A stretch of 64,000 bases of DNA from Candidatus Eiseniibacteriota bacterium (GTDB lineage: Bacteria; Eisenbacteria; RBG-16-71-46; CAVPCR01), in contig CAWGMA010000003.1 in the NCBI GenBank assembly GCA_963823555.1, positions 672,001 to 736,000 on the forward strand, in the 5' to 3' direction. Under the pieces are notes generated by a model. It saw only the letters and a program-made list of their open reading frames with translations, made no database searches and was not told where the DNA came from. Shown here piece by piece: positions 38,125 to 47,760 of the stretch. Made by a program: the position numbers and the translations under genes. Position 1 is the first letter of the stretch. Each line of letters begins with the position of its first letter.

Positions 38125-39231
38125 ATGTCAAGTCAACGAATGCCCGTACCGCACGGTCTGACCCTGTACGGCGCTGTCATCGTCCTCATGTCCGTTCATC
38201 TGATTCAATGCGGTCCGCGCTCCGGGTCCACCGCCGAGCCGGCGCGAAAGGTCGAGCCCATGAGCGAGTTCAAGAAACCGGATCCCGAGGAGCTCGAGCG
38301 CAGGCTCACTCCCGAGCAGTACCGGGTGACGCAGGAAGAGGCTACCGAGCGGCCGTTCCATAACGCCTACTGGAACAACAAGGAGCCGGGGATCTACGTC
38401 GACGTCGTATCGGGTGAGCCGTTATTCAGCTCGCTCGACAAGTTCGATTCAGGAACCGGGTGGCCCAGTTTCACTCGACCGCTCACGGCGGAGAACATCG
38501 TCGAGCACAAGGACACGACCCTCGGCATGACTCGCATCGAGGTGCGATCGCGGCATGCTGACTCCCATCTCGGTCACCTCTTCGATGATGGACCGGATCC
38601 GACCGGGCTCCGTTACTGCATCAACTCGGCGGCGCTGCGCTTCGTGCCGGCCGACAAGCTCGCCGAGGAGGGCTACGGCCAGTATGCCGCAGGCTTCGCG
38701 CCTGCCGCCAGTGACTCGAGCGCACGCCGCTCCCAGAAGGCGGAGGCGCATGCGGTCGCGACTCTCGCCGGCGGCTGCTTCTGGGGGATGGAGGACATCA
38801 TTCGTGAAATCCCGGGTGTCATCGACACCCAGGTCGGCTACACCGGAGGCACCCTCGAGTCACCCCGCTACGAGAACGTGAAGACCGGACGCTCCGGGCA
38901 TGCCGAGGCCATCCGGGTCGTGTTCGATCCTGAGCAGATCAGCTACGAGGATCTGCTCGGCTATTTCTTCCGCATGCACGATCCGACCACGCTCAACCGC
39001 CAGGGCAATGACACCGGGACTCAATACCGCTCAGCCATCTTCTTCCATGACGAGAAGCAGCATCGCATCGCGGAGGAAGTGAAGGAACGCGTCGATGCCT
39101 CGGGCAAGTGGAAGAAACCGGTGGTGACCGAGATCGTCCCGGCGGGTCCGTTCTACCCCGCCGAGGATTATCATCAGGATTATCTCGAGAAGAACCCCGG
39201 AGGCTACACCTGCCACTGGCTGCGCGACTGA
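38125..39231 (+). CDS. msrAB: Bifunctional methionine sulfoxide reductase, MsrB-MsrA order, with possible export or lipoprotein leader
   Basis: Msr[31 protein letters not shown]; Msr[18 protein letters not shown]; start uncertain (38125 or a downstream ATG). Confidence 0.93.
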   Translation: MSSQRMPVPHGLTLYGAVIVLMSVHLIQCGPRSGSTAEPARKVEPMSEFKKPDPEELERRLTPEQYRVTQEEATERPFHNAYWNNKEPGIYVDVVSGEPLFSSLDKFDSGTGWPSFTRPLTAENIVEHKDTTLGMTRIEVRSRHADSHLGHLFDDGPDPTGLRYCINSAALRFVPADKLAEEGYGQYAAGFAPAASDSSARRSQKAEAHAVATLAGGCFWGMEDIIREIPGVIDTQVGYTGGTLESPRYENVKTGRSGHAEAIRVVFDPEQISYEDLLGYFFRMHDPTTLNRQGNDTGTQYRSAIFFHDEKQHRIAEEVKERVDASGKWKKPVVTEIVPAGPFYPAEDYHQDYLEKNPGGYTCHWLRD

Positions 39232-39992
39232 TGAGAACCGTACTCATCAGCGGCGGATCGAGCGGCATCGGGCGGGCGATGGTGGAGGAATTCGCCGCGA
39301 GTGGCTACCGGGTCTGGTTCACGTATCACACGGGATGGGACCGGGCCCAGCGTCTCACCGCCGCGCTCGCCGGGCGTGAGGTCCAGGCATTTCCCCTGGA
39401 GCTCGGCAACCGGGCGAGCCACGTGGCGCTCCTCTCCGCGCTCCCGGGACCGGTCGACATTCTGGTCAACAATGCCGGACTGGGCTCGAAGACCGTGGAG
39501 AAGGTCGCGGCCGATATCCACGATCAGGATGCAGCGCTCATGATGGTGAACGCAGTGGGAGCGCTCTGGCTCACCCGTGATCTCCTCCCGGCCATGGAAG
39601 AGCGGGATTTCGGCAAGGTGATCATGGTGAGCTCCGTGGGTGGAGGAATCACCCAGTACGCTCCTTTCCATCTCGCGGATGGCATGAGCAAGGCGGCTCT
39701 GGCCTACCTCGGACGTCACCTGCAAGCCCTCTACAGCCGGGAGCCGATCGATGTCTTCACCATCTGTCCCGGCGCCACCGAAACACCCATGTTCGAGGCG
39801 AGCACGCTGGCCAAGCTCGATGCGGAGGCCAGGTCGAGACTGATCGACTCGTTGCCGGGGCGGCGGCTGATCGATCCCAGGGAGATCGCGCGGTTCGCCG
39901 TCTGGCTATGCACGGACGAGGCCCGCATCCTGCGCGGGGCCGTGATCGATGCCTCCCTCGGCCTTGGCGCCGACCCCGGCGTGCTGAGCTGA
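39231..39992 (+). CDS. SDR family oxidoreductase (atypical active site)
   Basis: ISGGSSGIG, ILVNNAG, ICPGATETPM; DGMSK at the YxxxK position; ATG overlaps the msr stop. Confidence 0.88.
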   Translation: MRTVLISGGSSGIGRAMVEEFAASGYRVWFTYHTGWDRAQRLTAALAGREVQAFPLELGNRASHVALLSALPGPVDILVNNAGLGSKTVEKVAADIHDQDAALMMVNAVGALWLTRDLLPAMEERDFGKVIMVSSVGGGITQYAPFHLADGMSKAALAYLGRHLQALYSREPIDVFTICPGATETPMFEASTLAKLDAEARSRLIDSLPGRRLIDPREIARFAVWLCTDEARILRGAVIDASLGLGADPGVLS

Positions 39993-40004
39993 GGGCAGGC
40001 CCGG

Positions 40005-41342
40005 CTAGGGAGCTCCGGCTCGGCGCTCGAGATGGTCCCAGAGAACCTCGCTCATGAGGCGGATGCCGAGAGGGACGGCGCGTTCATCGGGATCGAAGCT
40101 GGGGCTGTGAATGGTCATCGGTCGATCGGGGCGGCCGACGCCCAGGCGGAACATGAACCCGGGCACCAGCGCTTGATAGCGGGAGAAGTCCTCGCCCCCC
40201 ATCGCCGGGTCATAGCGCACGACATTCTCCTCGCCCATGACCCGCTTCAGGGTGGGGAGCGTCTCCGCGACCAGATCCGGGTCGTTGTACATGGAGGGTG
40301 TCCCGAGCGCGTAGCGGATCTCCGGCTCCGGCGCCCCGCTCGCCGCGGCCACGCCGCGCACCGTGCGGGGAATCGCCGCTTCGAGCTGAGCGCGGACTTC
40401 GGGCTCGAGGCTGCGCACGGTCCCGTGCAGGGTGACCTCCTCCGGGATCACATTGCTCGTCGTTCCACCGTGGATCGAGCCCACGGTGACCACCGCCTGC
40501 CGGGCTGGATCGATCTCTCGGCTCACAATCGTCTGCAGCTCGAGAACGATCTTGGAGGCGATGACGACAGGATCGATGGCCTTGTGCGGGTAGGCGCCAT
40601 GACCACCGCGTCCGACCACGTGGATGAAGAAGTCATCGACGTTCGCTGCCGAACGGCCCGGGCAATAGCCCACCTGCCCGTAGAGGATCGTCGGATGGTC
40701 GTGCAGCGCGAAGATGGCCTCGGGGCGGTGGCCATTCTCGAAGAGCCCCGCCTCGAGCAGAAGCGCGGAGCCGGCTCCGATCTCCTCCGCGGGCTCGATG
40801 ATGAAGAGCACCGAGCCCGACAGCGAGGCTCGCACCGCGGAGAGCACTCGCGCCGTACCGAGGAGAACGGCGGTGTGGATGTCGTGACCGCAGGCATGCA
40901 TGACCCCGACCGTCCGCTCGCCGAGAGTATCCGTGCGGGTGCAGGCGTAGGGGAGGCCGGTCGCCTCGGTGATCGGTAGGCCATCGATATCGGCCCGATA
41001 GCCGACGAGGGGGCCAGGCCGGTCGCCGCGGAGGATGGCGACGAGCCCGGTGCCCCATTCTCCGGGCACGAGCTCGACTCCAGGGATGGCTTCGAGCTTG
41101 GCGCGCACCCAGCTCTGAGTCTCGAACTCGCGGAGCGACAGCTCGGCGTGCTGGTGGAGCCAGCGGCGATCGGCGGTGGCTTCCTCGCCGTGCTCCGCGG
41201 CGAGCGCTGCAAAGTCCGGCCGCGGAACACTGGCCTCGGCGTGCGCCTGGCTCGTCTCGCCGGCCTGGGTCACGGCCAAGACGGCGGCGACGAAGCCAAC
41301 TGCAGCCAGGGTACCGCGGATCGCTGGGCGCGCGAGATTCAT
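40005..41342 (-). CDS. M20 family amidohydrolase, probably secreted
   Basis: RADIDGLPI, MHACGHDIH, PAEE, GRGGHGAYPH, GEDFS, HSPSFDPDE; N-terminal signal-like segment. Confidence 0.92.
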   Translation of the reverse strand: MNLARPAIRGTLAAVGFVAAVLAVTQAGETSQAHAEASVPRPDFAALAAEHGEEATADRRWLHQHAELSLREFETQSWVRAKLEAIPGVELVPGEWGTGLVAILRGDRPGPLVGYRADIDGLPITEATGLPYACTRTDTLGERTVGVMHACGHDIHTAVLLGTARVLSAVRASLSGSVLFIIEPAEEIGAGSALLLEAGLFENGHRPEAIFALHDHPTILYGQVGYCPGRSAANVDDFFIHVVGRGGHGAYPHKAIDPVVIASKIVLELQTIVSREIDPARQAVVTVGSIHGGTTSNVIPEEVTLHGTVRSLEPEVRAQLEAAIPRTVRGVAAASGAPEPEIRYALGTPSMYNDPDLVAETLPTLKRVMGEENVVRYDPAMGGEDFSRYQALVPGFMFRLGVGRPDRPMTIHSPSFDPDERAVPLGIRLMSEVLWDHLERRAGAP

Positions 41343-41572
41343 GTCATTCCTCCTCAGCGAAAGGACGCACCATCTTCGCATGACCCAAGTCGAGGCCGCA
41401 AGGAACTCCACCCCCGCTGCCTGGGATGAGTTCGGGATGGGTTATTACACACCTGTTACACCCGATCGGGAGAACGACAGCTAGGATGATTCATGGGTGA
41501 TGCGAGACGCTGCGGTCTCGATCATCGGGATACGGCATCCTGGCCGCCGGCTGTTTCCGGCAGGGAGTCATC

Positions 41573-42556
41573 ATGTACAAGAGCTCCTGTCATTTCGCCC
41601 TCGTCCTCGGCGCGGGAATCGCTCTTTTGGCCGCAGCTCCGGAGGTCGGAGCCACGAGGGCTGATCGGGATCTTGTTGTGCTGTCCACGGCGTCCACACG
41701 GGGAGAGCTCGAGCACTGTGGTTGCCACAACGCTCCCAAGGGTGGGCTCACCCGTCGTGCCACCTACGTGGATTCGATGCGCACGGCGGCGGGTCCGCTC
41801 CTGCTGGTCGATGGTGGCGATTACTGCCATCCGACTCCCGGCCATGATGATCGGGAGAACGCGTTCATCCTCGAGGCCATGGGGAAGATGCGCTACGACG
41901 CGATGACCCTGGGCGAGCTGGAGATCGATCGAGGAGTCGACTACGTCAAGGCGCTACTGGTGGCGACGCCGGTTCCCATCACGCTCGCCAATGTCCGCTT
42001 TGCAGCCGATTCGACACCGGTTGGAGAGCCCTACGTGATCCGTGAGGTCGATGGAGTGACCTGCGGGATCATCGGTCTCCTCGGTCAGGATCTGGGTGAA
42101 GGAACGGCGAAGTTCAGCGAGCTCGGGTTCGCCGTCGAGGATCCGTTGGCGGTGGCCGCCAGGATGGTGCCGGAAGTCAGGAAGGAGGTCGATCTCGTCG
42201 TCGTGCTGGCCCACCTGAGCGCGACCGAGGCCGCTGCTCTACCCGAGGCCGTGCCGGGAATCGGTCTTGTCGTTTGCGGCCATTATCCGGGCAGCGCGGA
42301 TCCCGCTCAGTCGGGTGGGGCGATCATGGTGCGGCCTGGCCAGCGCGGGCAGACGGTCGGTGAGACGCGGATCACCCTGGCCGCCGACGGCAAGATCGCG
42401 GGCTTCTCGGGAAGGGCCGTGGTCCTCGAAACCCGCACCATGCGCGAGGACCCGGAGCTGCTGGCCGAGCTTCGCAGCCTCATGGCTGCGCTCGGCAAGC
42501 AACTCCGGGATGATGTGGTGACTGCTGCTGTGGAAAGCGGTGGCGACTACCAGTAG
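41573..42556 (+). CDS. Secreted UshA/5'-nucleotidase N-terminal-like metallophosphoesterase-fold protein
   Basis: RGELEHCGC..KGGLTRRAT, LLVDGGD, YDAMTLGELE, VVVLAH, VVCGH. Confidence 0.75.
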   Translation: MYKSSCHFALVLGAGIALLAAAPEVGATRADRDLVVLSTASTRGELEHCGCHNAPKGGLTRRATYVDSMRTAAGPLLLVDGGDYCHPTPGHDDRENAFILEAMGKMRYDAMTLGELEIDRGVDYVKALLVATPVPITLANVRFAADSTPVGEPYVIREVDGVTCGIIGLLGQDLGEGTAKFSELGFAVEDPLAVAARMVPEVRKEVDLVVVLAHLSATEAAALPEAVPGIGLVVCGHYPGSADPAQSGGAIMVRPGQRGQTVGETRITLAADGKIAGFSGRAVVLETRTMREDPELLAELRSLMAALGKQLRDDVVTAAVESGGDYQ

Positions 42557-42705
42557 ATCGGACCCGAGCCGATGGTGACGCCGCCATAAGGGCCGTGGTA
42601 GGGGCCGCCGATGGGGACGGTCATGCTCACCGAGCCCACACAGCTCAGGAGGGCGAGCGATGTCAGGATCGCCGCCAGCAAGAGGGTTCGCATCGCGCGA
42701 TTCAT
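42547..42705 (-). CDS. Small Gly/Pro/Tyr-rich lipoprotein (52 aa)
   Basis: GGAGG RBS; MNRAMRTLLLAAILTSLALLSC lipobox-like; directly downstream of the VOC gene. Confidence 0.6.
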   Translation of the reverse strand: MNRAMRTLLLAAILTSLALLSCVGSVSMTVPIGGPYHGPYGGVTIGSGPIYW

Positions 42706-42719
42706 GATCGTTCGCCTCC

Positions 42720-43595
42720 TCAGAAGGGGTACTTCTGCAGCGCGAGGGCTGCGCCCGTCGGATCGGCCACGATGGCCGTGCTCGCGTTCCGGACATCGGG
42801 CTGCGGTTCGAAGATGATCTCGCCGCCGAGAGAGCGGGCCTTGGCGACGGCGGTCGCCGCGTCCGCCACCCGGACATAAGGCAGCCAGTTCGGGGTCACC
42901 TTGGGCCATGGCGACTTGAAGACGCCGGCTCGCTCCTTGCCGCCGGCGACGAATAGCTCGTATCCCGGCTTGTGCTCGCGATGATCGTAGCCCGCGACCT
43001 GGCGATAGAAGGCGAAGGCAGACTCGACGTCGCCTGCCACATAGTCGCGCCACAGGAACTCACCGATCTGGGGCTCCCGGCCATCCGCTGGATCTCCGTT
43101 CTCCGAGCGGATGAGACCGAGCGGCGCTCCCTGGGGATCGGCAACGACCGCGACACGACCAAGACCCTTCAAATCGGCAGGGCCTCCATAGACGGACCCC
43201 CCGTTGCGGAACATGTCCGCCGCCGCGTCGACATCCGCAACCGACATGAAGCTCACCCACTGTGAGACATCGGGCAGTGTCGGTGTCGGTTTCATGAGGG
43301 CCATGGCACCCACGGGATGCCCACCCGAGCGAATCAGCGTGTAGGTGCCGCCATCGCCGATGTCCTCGAACTCCCAGCCGAGGAGCTCCCCGTAGAAGCG
43401 TTGGGCGGCGGCAGGGTCATCCGTGAAGAGCGTGTGCCAGACGAATTTCCCGGGAATGTGGGGCGCCGTCGGCGGCTCGGTGATCGGAGGCAGGTTGGAG
43501 GCGCAGGCCGCGACCAGCATGATCAGGACCGCAGCGAGGCCGAGGGGGCGGATGGCGTGTGGTCGCTTCCGTCCCGATGTCGAAGAAGGCAGCAT
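42720..43595 (-). CDS. Two-domain VOC (glyoxalase/bleomycin resistance) family lipoprotein
   Basis: LVAAC lipobox; PGKFVWHTL, FYGELLGWEF, VADPQGA, VADPTGA. Confidence 0.88.
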   Translation of the reverse strand: MLPSSTSGRKRPHAIRPLGLAAVLIMLVAACASNLPPITEPPTAPHIPGKFVWHTLFTDDPAAAQRFYGELLGWEFEDIGDGGTYTLIRSGGHPVGAMALMKPTPTLPDVSQWVSFMSVADVDAAADMFRNGGSVYGGPADLKGLGRVAVVADPQGAPLGLIRSENGDPADGREPQIGEFLWRDYVAGDVESAFAFYRQVAGYDHREHKPGYELFVAGGKERAGVFKSPWPKVTPNWLPYVRVADAATAVAKARSLGGEIIFEPQPDVRNASTAIVADPTGAALALQKYPF

Positions 43596-43708
43596 CGATC
43601 ATCCTCCCATGGATCGGGCCCCGATCAGAGGGGCGCCGGAAGAGGCAAAATGTGGCGCCGGGCGGAGAAGATGTCAAGCCGAGCCAGTCCTCCTGTTCAC
43701 GTCCGTTG

Positions 43709-44896
43709 CTAGCGAAGGATCAGAACACGTTGCGGATCGCCGAGGAACATGCAGTCGGTATTGGTGATCAGCACATCTTCCTCCAGGCCGACATAGCCGT
43801 ATCCTGGCACGGCGAGCCCGGGCTCGACCGTGTAGACATGACCGGGTTCGAGGCGGCGAAAGGGGCCTTCGCCGTAGCGCTCCCAGGCCGGACCCAGGAC
43901 CCCGCCACCATCATGGGCGTTCTGTCCTAGATGATGGCCCGTCGCGTATTTGTACTCGTCATAACCGGCGCCGGTGATGACCGCGCGGGCCGCGGCGTCC
44001 ACCTCGACCCCGGTGCGACCGGGCCGCATGATGTGCATCGCCGCGGCAATCGCCTCGACCACGGTCTGGAAACCCCGCGCCACCGGTTCCGGGGCGCTCG
44101 TCTCCCCGGGGGCGAGCAGATACACGACCCGTTGGATGTCCGAGCAGTACCCGTCCTGGCGCACGCCGAAATCGAAGTGCACGATCTGCCCGCGCTCGAG
44201 GCGGAGATCGCCGGGCGCACCATGACCAACGGGAGAATCGGGGCCGGCGTTGACCGCGGGACAGCCATCCGCATCCCAGGCGGGCTCGACACCGAGTTCG
44301 GCCATCTGCTGGTGCATGAAGGCGCCCACCTCACGCTCGGTCATGCCCGGCTGCATGAAATCGAACGTCTGCTCGTAGATGCGGTTCGTGGTCTCGACGG
44401 CGGCGCGAATGCGGTCGATCTCGCCCGGGGTCTTGCGCCCCCGGAGCGCTCCGATGATGTCCTCGGCACCTACCAGCCGCCCCGCGTACGGCGTGTCCGC
44501 GAGATAGCCGAGCAGGAGCTGATGCATGCCATGAGTGAGACCATCGGCTCCGACATCGTTGAGGGAGTGGTTGATGGCGATCCGGCCCGGGCGCAGGCCA
44601 TCGAGCACCTCGAGTAGGTGTGGGCGAATGGACTCGTGGTAGGGGATCACGGTCGAGTAGATGCCTGCAGCGGCCACGGCATGCGCCTCGTAGTGGCCGA
44701 CAATGGCGATGCGCTCGCCCGAGCGGGAGAGGATGAGAGCGCTCTGCCAGGTGAGGTTGTGCGGGCCGAAGATGAGCGACAGGATCGGATCCCGCATGGC
44801 GCTCGTCTCGCGCACGAAGGTGAGCCAGGCATCGATGCCGGTCTCGCCGAGGATGTCGCTGGCTTGTTCGACTTTCTCGTGGATCAGTGTCGACAT
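43709..44896 (-). CDS. M24 family Xaa-Pro peptidase
   Basis: HFDFGV, GYCSDIQR, TGHHLGQNAHD, TVEPG, GLEEDV; AGGAGG RBS. Confidence 0.92.
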   Translation of the reverse strand: MSTLIHEKVEQASDILGETGIDAWLTFVRETSAMRDPILSLIFGPHNLTWQSALILSRSGERIAIVGHYEAHAVAAAGIYSTVIPYHESIRPHLLEVLDGLRPGRIAINHSLNDVGADGLTHGMHQLLLGYLADTPYAGRLVGAEDIIGALRGRKTPGEIDRIRAAVETTNRIYEQTFDFMQPGMTEREVGAFMHQQMAELGVEPAWDADGCPAVNAGPDSPVGHGAPGDLRLERGQIVHFDFGVRQDGYCSDIQRVVYLLAPGETSAPEPVARGFQTVVEAIAAAMHIMRPGRTGVEVDAAARAVITGAGYDEYKYATGHHLGQNAHDGGGVLGPAWERYGEGPFRRLEPGHVYTVEPGLAVPGYGYVGLEEDVLITNTDCMFLGDPQRVLILR

Positions 44897-45052
44897 CGGT
44901 CTCCTCCTGGCCGGCGGAACATCCCAGGTTCTGGTCCAAGGCGACCACTCTAGCGCAGGGCCGTCACCGCGCCCAGGGCGACGCCCGGGGCGAAGTGGTA
45001 GAATCGTAACGATGCGCGACGCTCGCGTGTCAAGGAAACAACGGAGGATCGC

Positions 45053-46798
45053 ATGCTGCGGACCGGTTGGCTCTTGCTCCTTGCGCTCGTCACCTTCTCC
45101 CTGTTCGCCGGCTCGCCCGCGACCGCCCAGTGGTCCTCCGATCCGGCCCTGAACTTCGCCATCGCCGACCGTACCTCCGAGCAGGTGCTGCCGAAGATCG
45201 CACCCACCGCCGACGGCGGGCTCTATGTGGGCTGGTTCGATCTCGCCAGCGGCAACTATGACGTCTACCTGCAGCGTCTCGACCGCGACGGGATGGAGCA
45301 GTGGCCGCACAACGGCATTCTGGTGAGCGCCAATGTCCAGAACACGTCGCTCGTGGACTGGGATCTGATCGCCGACTCGAGCGACAACGCGGTCCTCGTC
45401 TTCACCGACATCCGCACCGGGGGGGACCTCGATGTCTATGCCTATCGCGTAACCCCTGCGGGGCAGATGCTGTGGGGGGCGAACGGGGTTGCGCTCTCCA
45501 TGAACGACGACTTCGAGCCGGCTCCGCGTGTTGCCGAGGCCGGCGACGGCGACTTCGTCTTCATCTGGTCACGGCTTCCGGACGCCGCCGAAGCCGCCAT
45601 CATGATGCAGCGCCTGGCGCCGGATGGCACGCCGAGGCTCGCCGCGGGGGGCATCCCGGTGGTCGCCCAGAGCGGCGAGGATCCGGCTTTCTGCGCCATC
45701 GTCCCAGCCGAAGACGGCAATGTCATCGTTTCCTGGGTGCGTGACATCACCGTCTTCCAGAGCCCGCGCCACGTGCGAGCGCGGAAGTTCGACCCTGACG
45801 GGGTGCCCCTGTGGCCTGTCGTTATGGTGTTCGACGCCATCTCGGTGCCCATCGCCTACACGCCGCAGCTCAAGGCCGACGGGATGGGGGGCGCCATCGT
45901 GCTCTGGCACCGGAGCTCGGGGAACCTCTACAACTCGCTCGTGCAGCGCCTCGATGCCACGGGCACCGAGCTCTTCCCACACAACGGCATCACGGTCTCC
46001 CTCGAAGGCACCCGGCATCATCTCGATCCGGCCATGGCGCTCGATCCGCCGAGCGGCAACCTGGTCGTCGTCTGGAACGAGCGCAACGCGAATCAGTCGC
46101 AGTGGGGCATCTACGCCCAGAAGCTGTCGGTGGCCGGAGCCCGGCTGTGGGGCAATGACGGGATCGAGCTCCTCCCGGTCAATACGATCTGGAAGTCACC
46201 GCCGCGCTGCGCGCCGCTCGATGGCGGGGCCGTCGTCTTTCTCAGCGACGAGCCCACCGGTCAGTTCGCACGGGATCGGGTCCTGGGCATGCGCCTGGAT
46301 GCCAACGGGGCCCAGGTCTGGCCGAGCTCACCGCTCGTTGTCTCCTCGGTGTTGAGCAGTAAGTCACGCCTGCCCGTGGTTATTGACGGGGATGGCCGGG
46401 CCCTCATGGTGTGGGAGGATGATCGCAGCGGCACCGTCGACATCTACGGGCAGAACGTGAATCCGGACGGGACCCTGGGGCCCGCGTCAACCGGAGTCGA
46501 GGACCCGCTCGCAGCGCCGCCGGGGCGCCTCGTGCTGGCGCAGAACGAGCCCAACCCGTTTGCCGGCACGACCACGATTGCGGTCGCGCGTGGAGATGGC
46601 CGGCATCAGGGCGGGATCGAGATCTTCGATGCCGTGGGGCGGGTCGTCAGGCGCCTCGAGCTTCCCGCCGGCGCGCGCGCGGTCGTTTGGAACGGTCGTG
46701 GCGAGGATGGGGAGGGCCTCCCCAGCGGCACTTACTTCTACCGGCTGGTAGGGGATGAGCCGGGCACGGCCACCCGGAAGGCTGTCCTCCTCCATTAG
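45053..46798 (+). CDS. Secreted beta-propeller repeat protein with C-terminal FlgD-Ig/T9SS-like domain
   Basis: Signal peptide; repeated DVY(L/A)(Q/Y)R..G...W..NG units; TGVE linker, QNEPNPF..WNGRGEDGEGLPSGTYFYRL. Confidence 0.85.
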   Translation: MLRTGWLLLLALVTFSLFAGSPATAQWSSDPALNFAIADRTSEQVLPKIAPTADGGLYVGWFDLASGNYDVYLQRLDRDGMEQWPHNGILVSANVQNTSLVDWDLIADSSDNAVLVFTDIRTGGDLDVYAYRVTPAGQMLWGANGVALSMNDDFEPAPRVAEAGDGDFVFIWSRLPDAAEAAIMMQRLAPDGTPRLAAGGIPVVAQSGEDPAFCAIVPAEDGNVIVSWVRDITVFQSPRHVRARKFDPDGVPLWPVVMVFDAISVPIAYTPQLKADGMGGAIVLWHRSSGNLYNSLVQRLDATGTELFPHNGITVSLEGTRHHLDPAMALDPPSGNLVVVWNERNANQSQWGIYAQKLSVAGARLWGNDGIELLPVNTIWKSPPRCAPLDGGAVVFLSDEPTGQFARDRVLGMRLDANGAQVWPSSPLVVSSVLSSKSRLPVVIDGDGRALMVWEDDRSGTVDIYGQNVNPDGTLGPASTGVEDPLAAPPGRLVLAQNEPNPFAGTTTIAVARGDGRHQGGIEIFDAVGRVVRRLELPAGARAVVWNGRGEDGEGLPSGTYFYRLVGDEPGTATRKAVLLH

Positions 46799-46936
46799 GC
46801 AGCATTCAGCTATCGACTGGTTTTCCGTTAGGAGATGGTAAGCGCTTCGGGCTTCCGACAGCGGTCGCCTCGGCGCCACTCCCCCTCGCATGGGCTGGTC
46901 CGGATCAGGGCGCATCCCCCGCGTGGAGGGAAAGCC

Positions 46937-47725
46937 ATGTTGGGCACCATCTTCTCCTATCTGGCCGAGCGACCGCTGATCGAAGAGGTGGGTCCTTCGG
47001 CGCGGCGATTGACACGCCAGGACGACCGCCGCCGGATGGCGACCGCCCTCCTCTGGGCCGCTGTCTTCCACTTCTCCCTGGCGTCCGTCTGGATGGGTGC
47101 CCGTTTCCGGACCGGACCCGAAGAAGAAGTCATCTACACGACCGTCACCTTCGACAACATCCTCCCGCCCCAGTCGCTCCGGGAAAAGCCCGAACCTCCC
47201 CGGCCTCCCGTGTTTGCCCCGCGGGCGAAGCCGCCGTCCGCCCCGCCCGCGGGCGAGCCGGTTCCGGTTCCCGCCGTCGCCGCCGAGGCGCTGACGATCT
47301 CCGATCAGATCCAGAACACGATGGTCGGCGCCACGACGGATACCGGCCTCGGAGATCATGGTTCAGCGGGTGATCTGCTTGGAGCTGGAGCGGGAGGTGC
47401 GCTCATCGTCATCGATGACGGTGCCGAACGTCCTGACCCGAAGGCTCCGGCCTTCGTCGAGAAGGAACCTGAGCTCGTCACCGGGACGCCGCCGGTCTAT
47501 CCGGAACTGGCGCGGTTGTCGCAGATCGAGGGGACGGTCGTGGTGCGCGCGCTGGTGGGGAGGGATGGCCGCGTGCAGGAGACGCTCCTCGTGCGTGGTG
47601 TGCACGATCTCCTCGATCGCGCCGCACTCGAGGCGGCCACGAGCTACGTGTTCCTGCCGGCCATCCAGAATGAGCGTCCGGTGGCGGTCTGGGTGTCGAT
47701 CCCCTTCCGCTTCACGCTACGTTAG
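46937..47725 (+). CDS. tonB: Energy transducer TonB family protein
   Basis: TM with His (WAAVFHFSL), Pro-rich linker, C-domain YPELARLSQIEGTVVV..IPFRFTL. Confidence 0.85.
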   Translation: MLGTIFSYLAERPLIEEVGPSARRLTRQDDRRRMATALLWAAVFHFSLASVWMGARFRTGPEEEVIYTTVTFDNILPPQSLREKPEPPRPPVFAPRAKPPSAPPAGEPVPVPAVAAEALTISDQIQNTMVGATTDTGLGDHGSAGDLLGAGAGGALIVIDDGAERPDPKAPAFVEKEPELVTGTPPVYPELARLSQIEGTVVVRALVGRDGRVQETLLVRGVHDLLDRAALEAATSYVFLPAIQNERPVAVWVSIPFRFTLR

Positions 47726-47760
47726 ACAAGGGCCCGAGCAGCAGGGCCGGTCCCCGGCTC

